Part shown: positions 38,687 through 49,045 of the stretch, piece after piece
Numbering within the stretch: position 1 is the first letter of the stretch
Layout: each line of letters starts with the position of its first letter
Source: Candidatus Omnitrophota bacterium
GTDB taxonomy: Bacteria; Omnitrophota; Gorgyraeia; Aquiviventales; Aquiviventaceae
Reading direction: 5' to 3'
Length of the DNA: 64,000 bases
Assembly (NCBI GenBank): GCA_016193195.1
Contig: JACPSQ010000086.1
Coordinates: 17,299 to 81,298, forward strand
Made by a program: the position numbers and the translations under genes
Notes under the pieces: generated by a model
What the model was told of the DNA's origin: nothing
Databases searched by the model: none
What the model saw: only the letters and a program-made list of their open reading frames with translations

Positions 38687-39793
38687 ATGCAGCGGACAAT
38701 GAATCGAAGGGCCAAGAGCATGAAGAGTGTTGCTTCGGAGAGGATCAAGACCGTGTCGTCCCGGAGCCCCGCAACGACCATCGTATTCGACGCGGGAGTC
38801 CGTTATGGCATGCATCCGCGCTGGCGAGAGTTTCGTGGGGAAATGATGTACTACGGCTTCGACCCGGACGTCAATGAAGTCACTCGCTTGAAGCGAGTCA
38901 ATGCCTTGCCCAACATCAGCTTTATCCCGATGGCGTTAGCGGCTCAGTCGGGCGCCAAAACGCTGCGTCTGTACAAGCACAGAGGCTACTCGTCATTCTT
39001 TGAGTTGGATCCTCAGTACGGGAGGGTGGCGCATTACCGCCCTGGCGAGGGCGCGTTGGAGCAGACCGTCGAGGTTGAAGCGACCACCGTGGACGAGTTT
39101 GCAAAGCGGGAACGCGTTGAGGTTGACTTCATGAAAGTCGACGTGGAGGGTGCTGAATTGGACGTGCTGCGCGGCGCCATTGAGCAATTAGGCCGCTCAG
39201 TCAAGGGCGTGCGCATTTCGGTCTGGTTTACTGAAGGGTTCAAAGGTGGAGCCTTGTTTCCCGACGTGCACCGCTTCCTTCTGGAGCACGGATTTTTTCT
39301 GGTCAACCTTGACTATGCAGGACGGGGATATCCGGTTCATCCATGCGTGGGCAACCCGGATCGTCTACAACCGGACCACGACCGATATGGAGTCCTCTCA
39401 GCCTGTGAAGCCGTGTACCTCAAGCAGGGGAACATGTTGGACCAGACATGTCGTACATCGACGGACGCCCGCGGGCTGGCTCATTTGAAGTACGCGTATT
39501 TTTGCTTCCTCAACGATGCGCCGGATGTCGCGTTAAATAGTCTGTTGGATTTCGCTCGTCGGCCGAGCGAGTACTCAGACTCGGTGAAAGCGACGAAGCT
39601 CTATCAGCAGGTGCGGCTGACGACCCTGCGGTATCTCGGTCGATGGCGCACGAATCCGACGGATCATAACTGGAAGCTTGCACAGGATACCGCGCAAGAG
39701 TTGTTCGGGCTCCAGCTTGAGGCGGGACATAAATATTGGGAGTTGGCGCAGGAGCTGGAATGCGCAACGCGGGATGGGTCACCATGCTCTTAA
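38687..39793 (+). CDS. FkbM-family methyltransferase
   Basis: TIVFDAGVRYG plus VDFMKVDVEGAELDVLRGA, the FkbM hallmark pair. Confidence 0.65.
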   Translation: MQRTMNRRAKSMKSVASERIKTVSSRSPATTIVFDAGVRYGMHPRWREFRGEMMYYGFDPDVNEVTRLKRVNALPNISFIPMALAAQSGAKTLRLYKHRGYSSFFELDPQYGRVAHYRPGEGALEQTVEVEATTVDEFAKRERVEVDFMKVDVEGAELDVLRGAIEQLGRSVKGVRISVWFTEGFKGGALFPDVHRFLLEHGFFLVNLDYAGRGYPVHPCVGNPDRLQPDHDRYGVLSACEAVYLKQGNMLDQTCRTSTDARGLAHLKYAYFCFLNDAPDVALNSLLDFARRPSEYSDSVKATKLYQQVRLTTLRYLGRWRTNPTDHNWKLAQDTAQELFGLQLEAGHKYWELAQELECATRDGSPCS

Positions 39794-41019
39794 GTGAAGA
39801 AGAGGGGTTCGAGCGGTTGTATGGGTCGCTCTATCGCCAGGCGTTGCAGGAGGCGCAGCAGTATGTGGCGCATCCTGATCGACTGAGAGCCGACATCGAG
39901 CGCGACCGCCAGCAGCGCGGTCCCGTCCGGACGTTGTCGACGCCGGCCGCGGACCCCTACGCCTATCGCCTGACCCTGTACCGCGGATTTGTCCGGTTCC
40001 CTGAACGGTTGTGGAACTATTGCATTGCGCAGCATGAGCCAAAGGCGGTGACCCGATCCTTTCTTCCCACCCTCATGGACATCGAGCCCAACAGCCGATG
40101 CAATTTCCGATGCGTGATGTGCCAGGTGTCCGAGTGGCCCAACGGCACACGGACTGACGACATGACCGTTGAAGAGTTGAAGGCATTCATTGAAACCCAG
40201 CCTGGGCTGACGGAGGTCAAGCTCCACGGCATGGGGGAGCCGTTGTTGCACCCCCACTACATTGAGATGGTCAGATACTTGGTTGAGCGGGATCTGTGGG
40301 TGCGGACGAATACGAACGGATCCGTGTTGCATGCCCGGGACAACTACCGGAGGCTCATTGAGGCGGGGATCGGCGAAATCCAGACGTCGGTTGATGGGGC
40401 GACCAAGGAGGTCTTTGAGGCGATCCGTCGGCAGTCCAATTTCGAGCAAGTGGTGCACAACTTGACGTTGCTCAACGAGTACGCGAACCGCCAGGATCGA
40501 CCCTACACGCGCATGTGGGTCGTCGTACAGGAGTACAACCGCCATCAGATCTTCGAGTTCGTGGAGCTGGCGAAACGCATCGGATGTCGGCGGCTGACGT
40601 TTTCCTTGACGCTGAACGATTGGGGGCAGGAGGTATGGCACGACAAGAATGCCAAGATCCAGTCGCTGGACTTCTCCGAAGAGGAACAAGGCCGGCTCCT
40701 TGACATCGTTGCCAGGGATGGCATCGAGATTACCGTCTGGCGGCAGGCCACGAAATACTCCACCGCCAGCCCAGAGACCTTATGCCCGTGGGTGTTCAGC
40801 CGGCCGTACATCAGCTGCGATGAGCGGGTGGTGCCGTGCTCCATGATCGCCAATCCAGACGTCTTTGAGCTGGGGGACGCGAGGGACTTTGTCAACGTGT
40901 GGAACGGCCCGGCCTACCAAGCGTTCCGTCGGCTGCATCTGGAAGGCCGCATTCCTCGGCATTGCCGGCTCTGTTACAAAGAGTCATTGGTGTCAACAGA
41001 CGCACGTGTGGCTGCTTAG
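39784..41019 (+). CDS. Radical SAM enzyme with C-terminal SPASM/twitch-like Cys cluster
   Basis: NSRCNFRCVMCQV is CxxxCxxC. C-terminal cysteines CPWV...SCDERVVPC...HCRLC are present. Confidence 0.75.
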   Translation: MLLSEEEGFERLYGSLYRQALQEAQQYVAHPDRLRADIERDRQQRGPVRTLSTPAADPYAYRLTLYRGFVRFPERLWNYCIAQHEPKAVTRSFLPTLMDIEPNSRCNFRCVMCQVSEWPNGTRTDDMTVEELKAFIETQPGLTEVKLHGMGEPLLHPHYIEMVRYLVERDLWVRTNTNGSVLHARDNYRRLIEAGIGEIQTSVDGATKEVFEAIRRQSNFEQVVHNLTLLNEYANRQDRPYTRMWVVVQEYNRHQIFEFVELAKRIGCRRLTFSLTLNDWGQEVWHDKNAKIQSLDFSEEEQGRLLDIVARDGIEITVWRQATKYSTASPETLCPWVFSRPYISCDERVVPCSMIANPDVFELGDARDFVNVWNGPAYQAFRRLHLEGRIPRHCRLCYKESLVSTDARVAA

Positions 41020-41022
41020 ACC

Positions 41023-41529
41023 ATGGAAATGCGGGTGAGTGTCCGGGAAATAGGACGAGAGGACCGTGTCGCTCTCTGGGAATGGCGGCAGGATCCTATT
41101 ACTCGCGCACTGTTTCCATGCGACCCGGCGATCACGTACGAACGCCATCGGCGCTGGTTTGATTGCGCCATGACTGCGGGGGATGTGGTGTGGTGCGTAG
41201 GGCTTGTGGAGACACTGCGCATTGGCTGCGTGCGGTTTGATCAGATGAACCCAACCGAGTACCACGTCAGCCTGTTTCTGAAACCGCCGTATTGCGGCAA
41301 AGGGTATGGACGAGTCTTCCTGCAAGCAGCCATCGAATTCTTGAAGGCGCGACGTCCGATCCGGAAGCTCGTGGCGCAGGTGAAGAACGCGAATCCGGCA
41401 TCGGGAACGCTCTTTCAGGAAGCGGGTTTTTCTATCGCGAACGAAGGGCACCATCTCCGTTGTGAGTTGATGTGCGACGTGCCATCGTCGGCCATGCACG
41501 GAGTGACAGTGGCATCAGGAGAGGCGTGA
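41023..41529 (+). CDS. GNAT-family N-acetyltransferase (PseH-like)
   Basis: 168 aa. WEWRQDPITRALF resembles the PseH WRNDxxVR motif, and a GNAT core follows. Confidence 0.55.
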   Translation: MEMRVSVREIGREDRVALWEWRQDPITRALFPCDPAITYERHRRWFDCAMTAGDVVWCVGLVETLRIGCVRFDQMNPTEYHVSLFLKPPYCGKGYGRVFLQAAIEFLKARRPIRKLVAQVKNANPASGTLFQEAGFSIANEGHHLRCELMCDVPSSAMHGVTVASGEA

Positions 41530-41535
41530 CACCTC

Positions 41536-42204
41536 ATGACGATTCTCATCCTCGGTCCTCGCCAGCGCAACCAACCCCTGATCGAGTTTCTCACGCAGCG
41601 GCGGCATCAGGTCCAGGTCACCACCGAACCCGTGACGTTGGAATGGTTGAGAGAGCAACGGATCGACTTTATGATCAGCTTCGGATACGCCCCGATCCTC
41701 AAGCCCCCGATTACCACGGCATACCGACGGCGGATCATCAACGTCCATCCAGCGTATCTGCCGGAGGGGAGGGGCATCTACACGAATTTCTGGAGTTTTC
41801 TAGAAGGCCGGCCGAAAGGCGTCTCTCTTCATTTCATTGACGATGAGGGGATTGACAGTGGCGACATCATTGTCCGACGACTCCTTCCGCTGGGGAAGGA
41901 CGAGACCGTGAGGACGAGCCATGCGCTATTGGATCGTGCCGTCATCGAGCTCTTCTGTGAGGTGTGGGAGCAGATCGAACGGGGAACCTGCCAGGCGGTC
42001 AGCCAAGAGGAGTGCGACGGCATTCCTCGATACCGTAACCGCTGTCAGTCTGAACGGTTGATGGAGCTATTCCCGCAACGATGGGACACGCCGGTTTCAA
42101 CCGTGGAAGCGGTTGGCGCAGAGTTGTTTCTTGCCGACGCCTTTTGGCAGCGATACGACCGTGAACTCCAGACCGTCACGAGCAAGGCCGCGAGTTCAGT
42201 GTAG
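41536..42204 (+). CDS. Formyltransferase (PurN/Fmt N-domain-like sugar N-formyltransferase)
   Basis: INVHPAYLPEGRG...GVSLHFIDDEGIDSGDII matches the Formyl_trans_N N-x-H ... D core. Confidence 0.7.
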   Translation: MTILILGPRQRNQPLIEFLTQRRHQVQVTTEPVTLEWLREQRIDFMISFGYAPILKPPITTAYRRRIINVHPAYLPEGRGIYTNFWSFLEGRPKGVSLHFIDDEGIDSGDIIVRRLLPLGKDETVRTSHALLDRAVIELFCEVWEQIERGTCQAVSQEECDGIPRYRNRCQSERLMELFPQRWDTPVSTVEAVGAELFLADAFWQRYDRELQTVTSKAASSV

Positions 42205-42217
42205 GGGGGTGGACGTC

Positions 42218-43438
42218 ATGGCAACGCTCACGACCACGTCTCAGTTAGCCATTCATGGCGGGAAGCCGGTCCGTAAGAAGCCGATGCCGTGGCGCCAGGC
42301 GTTCGGTCCTGACGAGATCGCCTCGGTCATGTCAGCGATCGACTACTACCAGGCGAGGCGGGAAGACCCCCTCCATCAAGGGCATTTTGAACAGATGTTT
42401 TGTCAGGCCTTTGCCGAGTTCATGGGAGGCGGCTATACCGACGCTGTGGCAACGGGGACCGGCGCGATCTACGTCGCGTTGGCGGCGCTGGATCTGCCCA
42501 AAGGCAGCGAAGTCATCATTTCGCCGGTCACGGCGAGTAGCCCGTTGAGCTGTCTCATCCTGCAAGGATTCATCCCGGTTGTCGCCGACAGCCGGCCGGA
42601 CAGTTTCAATATGGGCGTCGAGCAATTCCTCGATCGGGTGACCACAAGGACGTCGGCGGTGCTGGCCGTCCACTTGGGGGGCGAGCCGCTCGAGATCGAC
42701 CGCCTGGCGGCTGAGGCATTCCGCCGCGGCATCAAAGTCCTGGAAGACTGCAGCCAAGCCCCCGGGGCGGTCTGGAAGGGCCGACGGGTCGGATCGTTTG
42801 GCGAGATTGCGGCCCTGTCAACGATGTATCGGAAGAACCTGATCTCGGGCAGCAGCGGCGGGCTTGTCTTCACGCGGGATCGCGAGCGCTACCAGCGGGC
42901 CCTGGCGCACGCGGATCACGGCAAGCCCGCCTGGCGCGAGGATCTCAACCTGAAGGATCCCAGGCATGCGCTCTTTCCCGCGCTGAATTTCAACACCGAT
43001 GAGCTCTCTTGCGCGATCGCCCTAGCGTCGCTTCGGCGCCTCCAGGAGACGATTGACAAGCGGCTGGCGTTTCTCGAGCGTTTCATCAGCGAGCTGCAGG
43101 CGATGTCGCGCGCCTGCCGGCCCTCTGTTTTTCACCGCGGGTTCTCTCCGTTTTTCTTTCCTGTCTTCGTTGAGGCGGACAAGCTCACCTGTTCCAAAGT
43201 CGAGTTCGCGCAAGCCGTTCAAGCGGAAGGCATCGGTCTCGATCCTGAGTATGGCTGCGTGGTCCGGTCTTGGACGTGGGCCCTGCCGTATCTCTCGGAC
43301 AACTTTGAAACCGTCAACGCCCTGTCCATGCGTGATCGGTCGTTCAATGTGTTTTTGAACGAGCAGTATGGGGACGAGGAGGTTCGAGATATCGTTGCTG
43401 CCATTGTGAAGGTGGAACGGCACTACGCCAAGGACTGA
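42218..43438 (+). CDS. DegT/DnrJ/EryC1/StrS-family PLP-dependent sugar aminotransferase
   Basis: The fold-type I sugar aminotransferase pattern, with the PLP-lysine region around SFGEIAALSTMYRKNL. Confidence 0.8.
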   Translation: MATLTTTSQLAIHGGKPVRKKPMPWRQAFGPDEIASVMSAIDYYQARREDPLHQGHFEQMFCQAFAEFMGGGYTDAVATGTGAIYVALAALDLPKGSEVIISPVTASSPLSCLILQGFIPVVADSRPDSFNMGVEQFLDRVTTRTSAVLAVHLGGEPLEIDRLAAEAFRRGIKVLEDCSQAPGAVWKGRRVGSFGEIAALSTMYRKNLISGSSGGLVFTRDRERYQRALAHADHGKPAWREDLNLKDPRHALFPALNFNTDELSCAIALASLRRLQETIDKRLAFLERFISELQAMSRACRPSVFHRGFSPFFFPVFVEADKLTCSKVEFAQAVQAEGIGLDPEYGCVVRSWTWALPYLSDNFETVNALSMRDRSFNVFLNEQYGDEEVRDIVAAIVKVERHYAKD

Positions 43439-43454
43439 GACGCAACCACCGGAC

Positions 43455-44846
43455 ATGATGATGAGAGCGAGGAGACGGTCGATCTATCGTGACGTGACGG
43501 TGAAAGTGCCATCGGATCCCACGGCCGCACGGCTCCCCCGCTGGCGGCGGGGTCTTCTGGCCCTCCGGGACGGCAGGCCGCGTGATCGGATGGTGCTGTT
43601 GATTGTGTATGTCATGAGACTCCTCACAGACGCGATCGTGAGTCTCGTGAAAACGCTCGTCTTCAACAAGGCGTTTCTGCGGGGCTGGATCTGGGTGTTG
43701 AAGGGGCGGGTGGAATTCTTCGGGTACAGCAGCTCGATCGGCGACATGGCGCTGTCGGTAGAGTACTATCTCCTCCGCAAGCGCGAGCTGAAGAGCCGCC
43801 TCATCAGCGTGTATTTAGTCAACAAACCATCCCTCGCCAATTACTACTTCGCGACATTGCAAGCCGACGCGTTTGGGTCGCGCCGCGTCCTCTTTGTCCT
43901 CAACCGATTCCTCTGCCGGGTGCTCGAGCCGCTCGAACACCCGTTGTTCTTTGCGCCGCAAACCCACATCGACTCCCGCTATCCGTCCGGGTACAGCGCG
44001 CTCATCTCCCGGTACAATGTTCATCTCGAGCGGCGGGTGCCGGCGTCAGACCGGTGCTTGGCGCGCGAATGGATGGAGACGCTAGGCCTCCCGCGAGACG
44101 CCAACTTTGTGACGGTCCATGTGCGGGAGGCAGGGTTTAAGGCGCACTTCCACACCGATGGGCACAACACGTTTCGAGACGCAGACATCGCCACGTACCT
44201 CCCCGCCATCCGGTACTTGATTCAGCAGGGGTTCTGGGTGATCCGGATGGGAGAATCAACCGTCAAACCGCTTCCCGCAATGGATCGCGCGATCGATTAT
44301 GCGAGGTCCCCCTTGAAGTCTGATTTCTTAGATGTCGTCTTGCTGGCAGAGTGTGAGTTGCTCATTGGGTCTGCCTCCGGGCTCGCCATGGTGGCGGATG
44401 TGTTCAATAAGCCGCAGCTCTTTGCCAACGGCATTGTGATCTATGGCTTGCCCTATCGGCCGTCGGCGTTGTGGATCCCCAAGCTCATCTGGAGCCATCC
44501 CGAACACCGATATCTCACGTTGGCTGAAATCATTGAACGGGGGATCGGAGAGTTTCACCGTACCCAGGATTATACGGCCGCAGGTCTTGAGGTCCACGAT
44601 AACTCGGCTGAGGAGATTCTTGAAGCCACGCAGGAACTGGACCAGCGCACTCGCGGTCAGTTCTCCTCTTCACCGGAGATTCGAGCGATCCAGCAAGCGG
44701 CGCAGCGGCTGCTTCCTCTGCATTATTTGTCTCACGGCACACAGGCTGTCCTGTGCGCAAGTTTCATCAGGCGGCATCCGGAGCTCTGCCCAGCTCCGCA
44801 GTCCTCCGCACCGCTGGCGATGCCGCTTGCGGTGGATTCCCGATGA
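43455..44846 (+). CDS. Hypothetical protein, possible GT-B-like glycosyltransferase
   Basis: 463 aa. The C-terminal GFWVIRMGE...LIGSASGLAMVADVFNKPQLFAN resembles GT-B C-terminal nucleotide-binding halves. No firm family assignment. Confidence 0.3.
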   Translation: MMMRARRRSIYRDVTVKVPSDPTAARLPRWRRGLLALRDGRPRDRMVLLIVYVMRLLTDAIVSLVKTLVFNKAFLRGWIWVLKGRVEFFGYSSSIGDMALSVEYYLLRKRELKSRLISVYLVNKPSLANYYFATLQADAFGSRRVLFVLNRFLCRVLEPLEHPLFFAPQTHIDSRYPSGYSALISRYNVHLERRVPASDRCLAREWMETLGLPRDANFVTVHVREAGFKAHFHTDGHNTFRDADIATYLPAIRYLIQQGFWVIRMGESTVKPLPAMDRAIDYARSPLKSDFLDVVLLAECELLIGSASGLAMVADVFNKPQLFANGIVIYGLPYRPSALWIPKLIWSHPEHRYLTLAEIIERGIGEFHRTQDYTAAGLEVHDNSAEEILEATQELDQRTRGQFSSSPEIRAIQQAAQRLLPLHYLSHGTQAVLCASFIRRHPELCPAPQSSAPLAMPLAVDSR

Positions 44847-46627
44847 AGATCTTCCGTGTACTCGTTGAAGTACTCTTTGACATGCTGGATGGAAGGCTGC
44901 GCTGGCTATTGGTTCGCGATACGCTGCTCGTGATCGTCGAGGGTGTCCTCGTCGCCGTCGCCCTGATGACGGTGGCCCCCGTCATCGATATGTTCGTGTC
45001 GGCGTCCCAGCAGAGTAGCCCACTCAGCACCCGCCTGACCGCATTCATGCAGATGCTGAGGTTGCCCGTGTCTCTGGAAGGGCTGCTGGTGGTGTTCCTC
45101 GCGATGCAAATCATCAAGAGCGGCTTCTCGGTCATGACACGGTATTGCATGCTGCAGACGCGCTATGCGACCCAAGAGTCTCTCATGATGGGGACCTTCA
45201 AGGATTTCGTCAGAGCGCAGTGGGCCTTCTTCAGCGAGCAACAGCAGGGCGTGCTCCGGAATACGCTGTCTCATGAAGTGCAGGCCGTGGCGACGGCTGT
45301 CTGGGTCACGATGCTCATGTGCGCGAACTTCACGCAGATCGTGTTGTATGTCTTGCTATCGATGTATGTCTCGTGGCAGGTGACGCTCATCAGCGTGGTG
45401 GCAGCCGCGGCATGCGCCGTGCCCTTTCTCTTATTCGGCAAACTCAGCTATCGTCTTGGACACATCAGCCTTGACGCACTCAATCGGGTGAGCTCCGTGA
45501 TCCATGAGAGTTTCGGAATGGCGAAACTCATTTTAGGGTTTTCGAGTCAGCGAAAGAGTGTTGAGAGGCTCGGGCGGTCGGTAGAAACTTACTGTCGATC
45601 GGCTCATCGCTCTCAAGCCCTTCAGTCGGCCACGCCGTATGTGTATGAGCCGTTGGGGGTCGTGGTGTTGGTGATTACAGCGCTTGTCGGTCGATCCTTC
45701 GAGGTTCCTCTTGCAGAGCTGGCGATTGTCTTCTGGGCACTGCGCAATTGCCTTCCACTGCTGAGTGGGACGATCGTCTTACGAAACGCGTTGCTCAACG
45801 CGATTCCCAGTTACGAGCAGGTCCGGCAGCTTCGACAACGGGCACAGGTGCTCCGCCAGCCTTCGGGGGCCCTTCCGTTCAAGGGCTTGGTGCGCGGCAT
45901 AACCTTTGAGCGAGTCTCCTTTGCCTACCCGGGGCATCCTCCAGTATTGAAGGAGATCACGATCACCATTCCGAAAGGCGGCATGGTGGCGTTGGCGGGG
46001 GAGTCCGGCGTCGGCAAGTCGACCCTGATTGATCTGTTGATGGGGTTCTATCGCCCGACAGCCGGCCAGATCACCATCGATGGCATCCCGCTCGAACAGC
46101 TGGATATTGCCTCGTATCGGGGACGAATCGGGTATGTCCCACAGGACAGCGCGTTGTTCAACGCCACCATCCTGGAGAACCTGCGCTGGGCCAAGGAGGA
46201 TGCGACGGACGAGGAGATTCGAGAAGCCTGTCGACAGGCCAACGCGGACGAGTTTATTGAGCGCTTCCCCAATGGCTACCACACCGAGGTGGGAGAGCGC
46301 GGCGTACGCCTCTCCGGAGGCCAGTGTCAACGCGTAGCCCTGGCCAGGGCGATCCTGCGCAAGCCGGAGCTCCTGATTTTGGACGAAGCGACCAGCTCAC
46401 TGGACACGCAGTCGGAGCGTCTGATTCAGCAGGCCATTGAGGCTGTGGCCAAGGAGACCACGGTGGTCGTGATCGCCCACCGGCTCTCCACCATCGTGAA
46501 CGCCGATATGATTTACGTCTTGCAGGACGGGTGGATCGTCGAGGAAGGGACCTATCAAACGTTGATGCAGCGGCACGGGCCTTTCAGCCGGATGACGCAA
46601 TTGCAGGTGCTCGAACCGGTGGCGTAA
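44843..46627 (+). CDS. ABC exporter, fused permease-ATPase (MsbA/PglK-type)
   Basis: Six N-terminal TM helices, Walker A GESGVGKST, signature LSGGQCQRVALARA, and Walker B LILDEATSSLD. Confidence 0.85.
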   Translation: MKIFRVLVEVLFDMLDGRLRWLLVRDTLLVIVEGVLVAVALMTVAPVIDMFVSASQQSSPLSTRLTAFMQMLRLPVSLEGLLVVFLAMQIIKSGFSVMTRYCMLQTRYATQESLMMGTFKDFVRAQWAFFSEQQQGVLRNTLSHEVQAVATAVWVTMLMCANFTQIVLYVLLSMYVSWQVTLISVVAAAACAVPFLLFGKLSYRLGHISLDALNRVSSVIHESFGMAKLILGFSSQRKSVERLGRSVETYCRSAHRSQALQSATPYVYEPLGVVVLVITALVGRSFEVPLAELAIVFWALRNCLPLLSGTIVLRNALLNAIPSYEQVRQLRQRAQVLRQPSGALPFKGLVRGITFERVSFAYPGHPPVLKEITITIPKGGMVALAGESGVGKSTLIDLLMGFYRPTAGQITIDGIPLEQLDIASYRGRIGYVPQDSALFNATILENLRWAKEDATDEEIREACRQANADEFIERFPNGYHTEVGERGVRLSGGQCQRVALARAILRKPELLILDEATSSLDTQSERLIQQAIEAVAKETTVVVIAHRLSTIVNADMIYVLQDGWIVEEGTYQTLMQRHGPFSRMTQLQVLEPVA

Positions 46628-47218
46628 ATGGACGAGCAGCGGTGGCTGGCGAGCTATTTCGAGCAGTACCGTCCCATGCTCTTTCAGGAGGCGATCCTTG
46701 AGCAGCTTGTGGAACTCAAGAGGCTCTTGATCGCCGCCCGGGAGGCGGGCAAGAAGGCGGTCTTCGCCGGCAACGGCGGCAGCGCCGCGATCGCCAGCCA
46801 CTGCGCGGTGGATTTCACGAAGAATGCCGGGATCCGTTGCGTCAATTTCAACGAGGCGGACCTGATCACCTGTTTCGCGAACGACTACGGCTACGAGCGC
46901 TGGTTGGAGAAAGCGCTGGGGTTCTATGCCGATCCCGGCGATGTCGTCATCCTCATCAGCTCAAGCGGGCAATCCAAGAACATGGTCAATGCCGCCCTCT
47001 ACGCGGCGGCGAGAAGACTTGCCGTCGTGACCTTCACTGGGTTTTCCTCGGATAACCCGCTGCGTGCATTGGGACGACTGAACTACTGGGTGGACAGCCG
47101 CGCCTACAACGTGGTTGAGATGACGCATCAGATTTGGTTGTTGGCGGTGTGCGATCTCATCATCGGGGCGGCGGAATATCCGGCCTCACGCGCCGAGTCC
47201 GGCGCGGTGGCGGTGTGA
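46628..47218 (+). CDS. SIS-domain sugar-phosphate isomerase (GmhA / PtmF-like)
   Basis: VFAGNGGSAAIASHCAVDF and ILISSSGQSKN are GmhA-family motifs. Confidence 0.75.
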   Translation: MDEQRWLASYFEQYRPMLFQEAILEQLVELKRLLIAAREAGKKAVFAGNGGSAAIASHCAVDFTKNAGIRCVNFNEADLITCFANDYGYERWLEKALGFYADPGDVVILISSSGQSKNMVNAALYAAARRLAVVTFTGFSSDNPLRALGRLNYWVDSRAYNVVEMTHQIWLLAVCDLIIGAAEYPASRAESGAVAV

Positions 47219-47228
47219 GCGGCGGACG

Positions 47229-47993
47229 ATGCTGAAGCTGGCGGTGGCGAAGGACGAGCTGGTGAGCTACGTGAGCCGGCAGCTCAATCACCTCTTCCCG
47301 GACGGCCGCGCGGCGCGCCGGGCGGCGCTGGCGCCGTCCGTCGAGGAAGCGCTGGCGCGCGTGGAGCGCGGGTTTTCCTCGATCCGGATGAAGTACTACA
47401 GCGATGGCGCGGGGGGAGCCCTGTTCGATCCTCTGCACACGGATCAGTACGCGGCGTTCTTGTATCTCCTGAGCCATGCGATCTACCGGGCGGGGGGTGA
47501 CCTGAGGGTGGCCGCCAAGGTGTACGCGCTCAACAAAGCGCTCCACGCGCTGGACGTCTACTACGAGGTCGAGCTGCCGGAGATTTTCGTCTTTCATCAT
47601 CCGGTGGGAACCGTCCTGGGCCGCGGGCGGTACGCCAACTACCTCTTCGTCCATCAGGGGTGCACGGTGGGCTCGGATATCAACGACCGCTACCCGGCCC
47701 TCGGGGAAGGGATCATCATGTATACGGGCAGCGCGGTCTTCGGGAACTGTGCCGTGGGGAGCAACTGCTGGCTCTCCGCCGGGACGCAGGTGCTGGAGAC
47801 CGATGTGCCCTCCGGCACGGTGGTCTTCGGACGATCGCCGGATCTGGTCATCAAGCCGACCCGGCGCGACGTGATCAAGGACGTGTTCGGCGCGCTTCCC
47901 GCAAGGCCGGACCGGCTGGAGAGCCGCGCGCGGCGCGGATCGGACGCCGGCGCACAACGGCGGGGCCTTCTCCTTCAAAGGACCCGGGCATGA
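47229..47993 (+). CDS. Hexapeptide-repeat (left-handed beta-helix) acyltransferase
   Basis: C-terminal hexapeptide repeats (GCTVGSD...GNCAVGSNCWL) with a CysE-like N-terminal helical domain. Confidence 0.6.
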   Translation: MLKLAVAKDELVSYVSRQLNHLFPDGRAARRAALAPSVEEALARVERGFSSIRMKYYSDGAGGALFDPLHTDQYAAFLYLLSHAIYRAGGDLRVAAKVYALNKALHALDVYYEVELPEIFVFHHPVGTVLGRGRYANYLFVHQGCTVGSDINDRYPALGEGIIMYTGSAVFGNCAVGSNCWLSAGTQVLETDVPSGTVVFGRSPDLVIKPTRRDVIKDVFGALPARPDRLESRARRGSDAGAQRRGLLLQRTRA

Positions 47994-49045
47994 CGTCCAC
48001 GGTGAGCCGGGCCGCGAAGCGACCCGAGCGGGTGACGGAGGGGATTGAGGCGTCGCGGAACGAGACCGCGCTCGTGGCGGTCATCGGAACCGGCAGCGCT
48101 GGCATGCATCATGTGGAGGCCCTGAGGGCGCTGGGGACGGTGACGCCTGTGGCGGTTCCGATACGTCCCGAGCGGGTTGAGGCGTTGGGGCGCGCCGGGT
48201 ACTCGACGGCGGCTCACGTCGCAGAGGCTTATCGAATGGGCGCGCGCCGGTGCGTCATCGCCACGGACTCCGGCCGGCATGCGGACGATGCGATGGCGGC
48301 CATGGACCACGGCTTGGACGTGCTGATCGAGAAGCCGTTGGCCCTCGACGCGCGTCAGGCGCGCGGTGTGCTTGAACGAGCGGCCGGCACGGACCGCCGG
48401 GCTTTCGTCGGGTGCGTCCTGCGCTTCTCGGAATCGTTGCAGCGCTTTCGCCAGTGGCTCCCGGACATCGGCGGCGTGCATGCGGTCCGGGTCGCCTGCC
48501 AGTCGTATCTGCCGGAGTGGCGGCCGGCCCGGCCGTACCGCGAATCCTACTCCGCCAGAGCCGACGAAGGCGGCGTCCTGCGGGACCTGATCCATGAGAT
48601 CGACCTCGCCGGGTGGATGTTCGGGTGGCCTCGGAGGGTGTCGGCGACCGTCCGCAACCTGGGGCGGTTGGGGATCGCGAGCGAGGAGCTCGCGCAGCTC
48701 ACGTGGGAGGCTCCCGGCGGGGCGCTGGTGTCGGTGACGCTGGATTACCTAAGCCGGCCATCTTCTCGAAGCATCACGGCGTACGGCCAGCAGGGCACCC
48801 TCGAATGGGACGGTCTGGCGCAGCGGGTGACCCTCATGCGGGGTGGGGCGCCGGCGCGCCAATCCACCTCTTCCCAGGCGCGCGAGGAGCTGTTCCTCTC
48901 GCAGGCCCAGGCGTTCATGGACGCGTGTGATGGGCGGACGGATGCCCGGCTGGCCACCGGCGAGGAGGGCCTGAACGCGCTGGCGGTTTGTGACGCGGCC
49001 CGACGGGCCGAGCACTCCCGGCGGGAAGAGCCCGTGGAGGCCTGA
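47990..49045 (+). CDS. Gfo/Idh/MocA family oxidoreductase
   Basis: ALVAVIGTGSAGMHH Rossmann motif. ATGA-coupled. Confidence 0.75.
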   Translation: MTSTVSRAAKRPERVTEGIEASRNETALVAVIGTGSAGMHHVEALRALGTVTPVAVPIRPERVEALGRAGYSTAAHVAEAYRMGARRCVIATDSGRHADDAMAAMDHGLDVLIEKPLALDARQARGVLERAAGTDRRAFVGCVLRFSESLQRFRQWLPDIGGVHAVRVACQSYLPEWRPARPYRESYSARADEGGVLRDLIHEIDLAGWMFGWPRRVSATVRNLGRLGIASEELAQLTWEAPGGALVSVTLDYLSRPSSRSITAYGQQGTLEWDGLAQRVTLMRGGAPARQSTSSQAREELFLSQAQAFMDACDGRTDARLATGEEGLNALAVCDAARRAEHSRREEPVEA

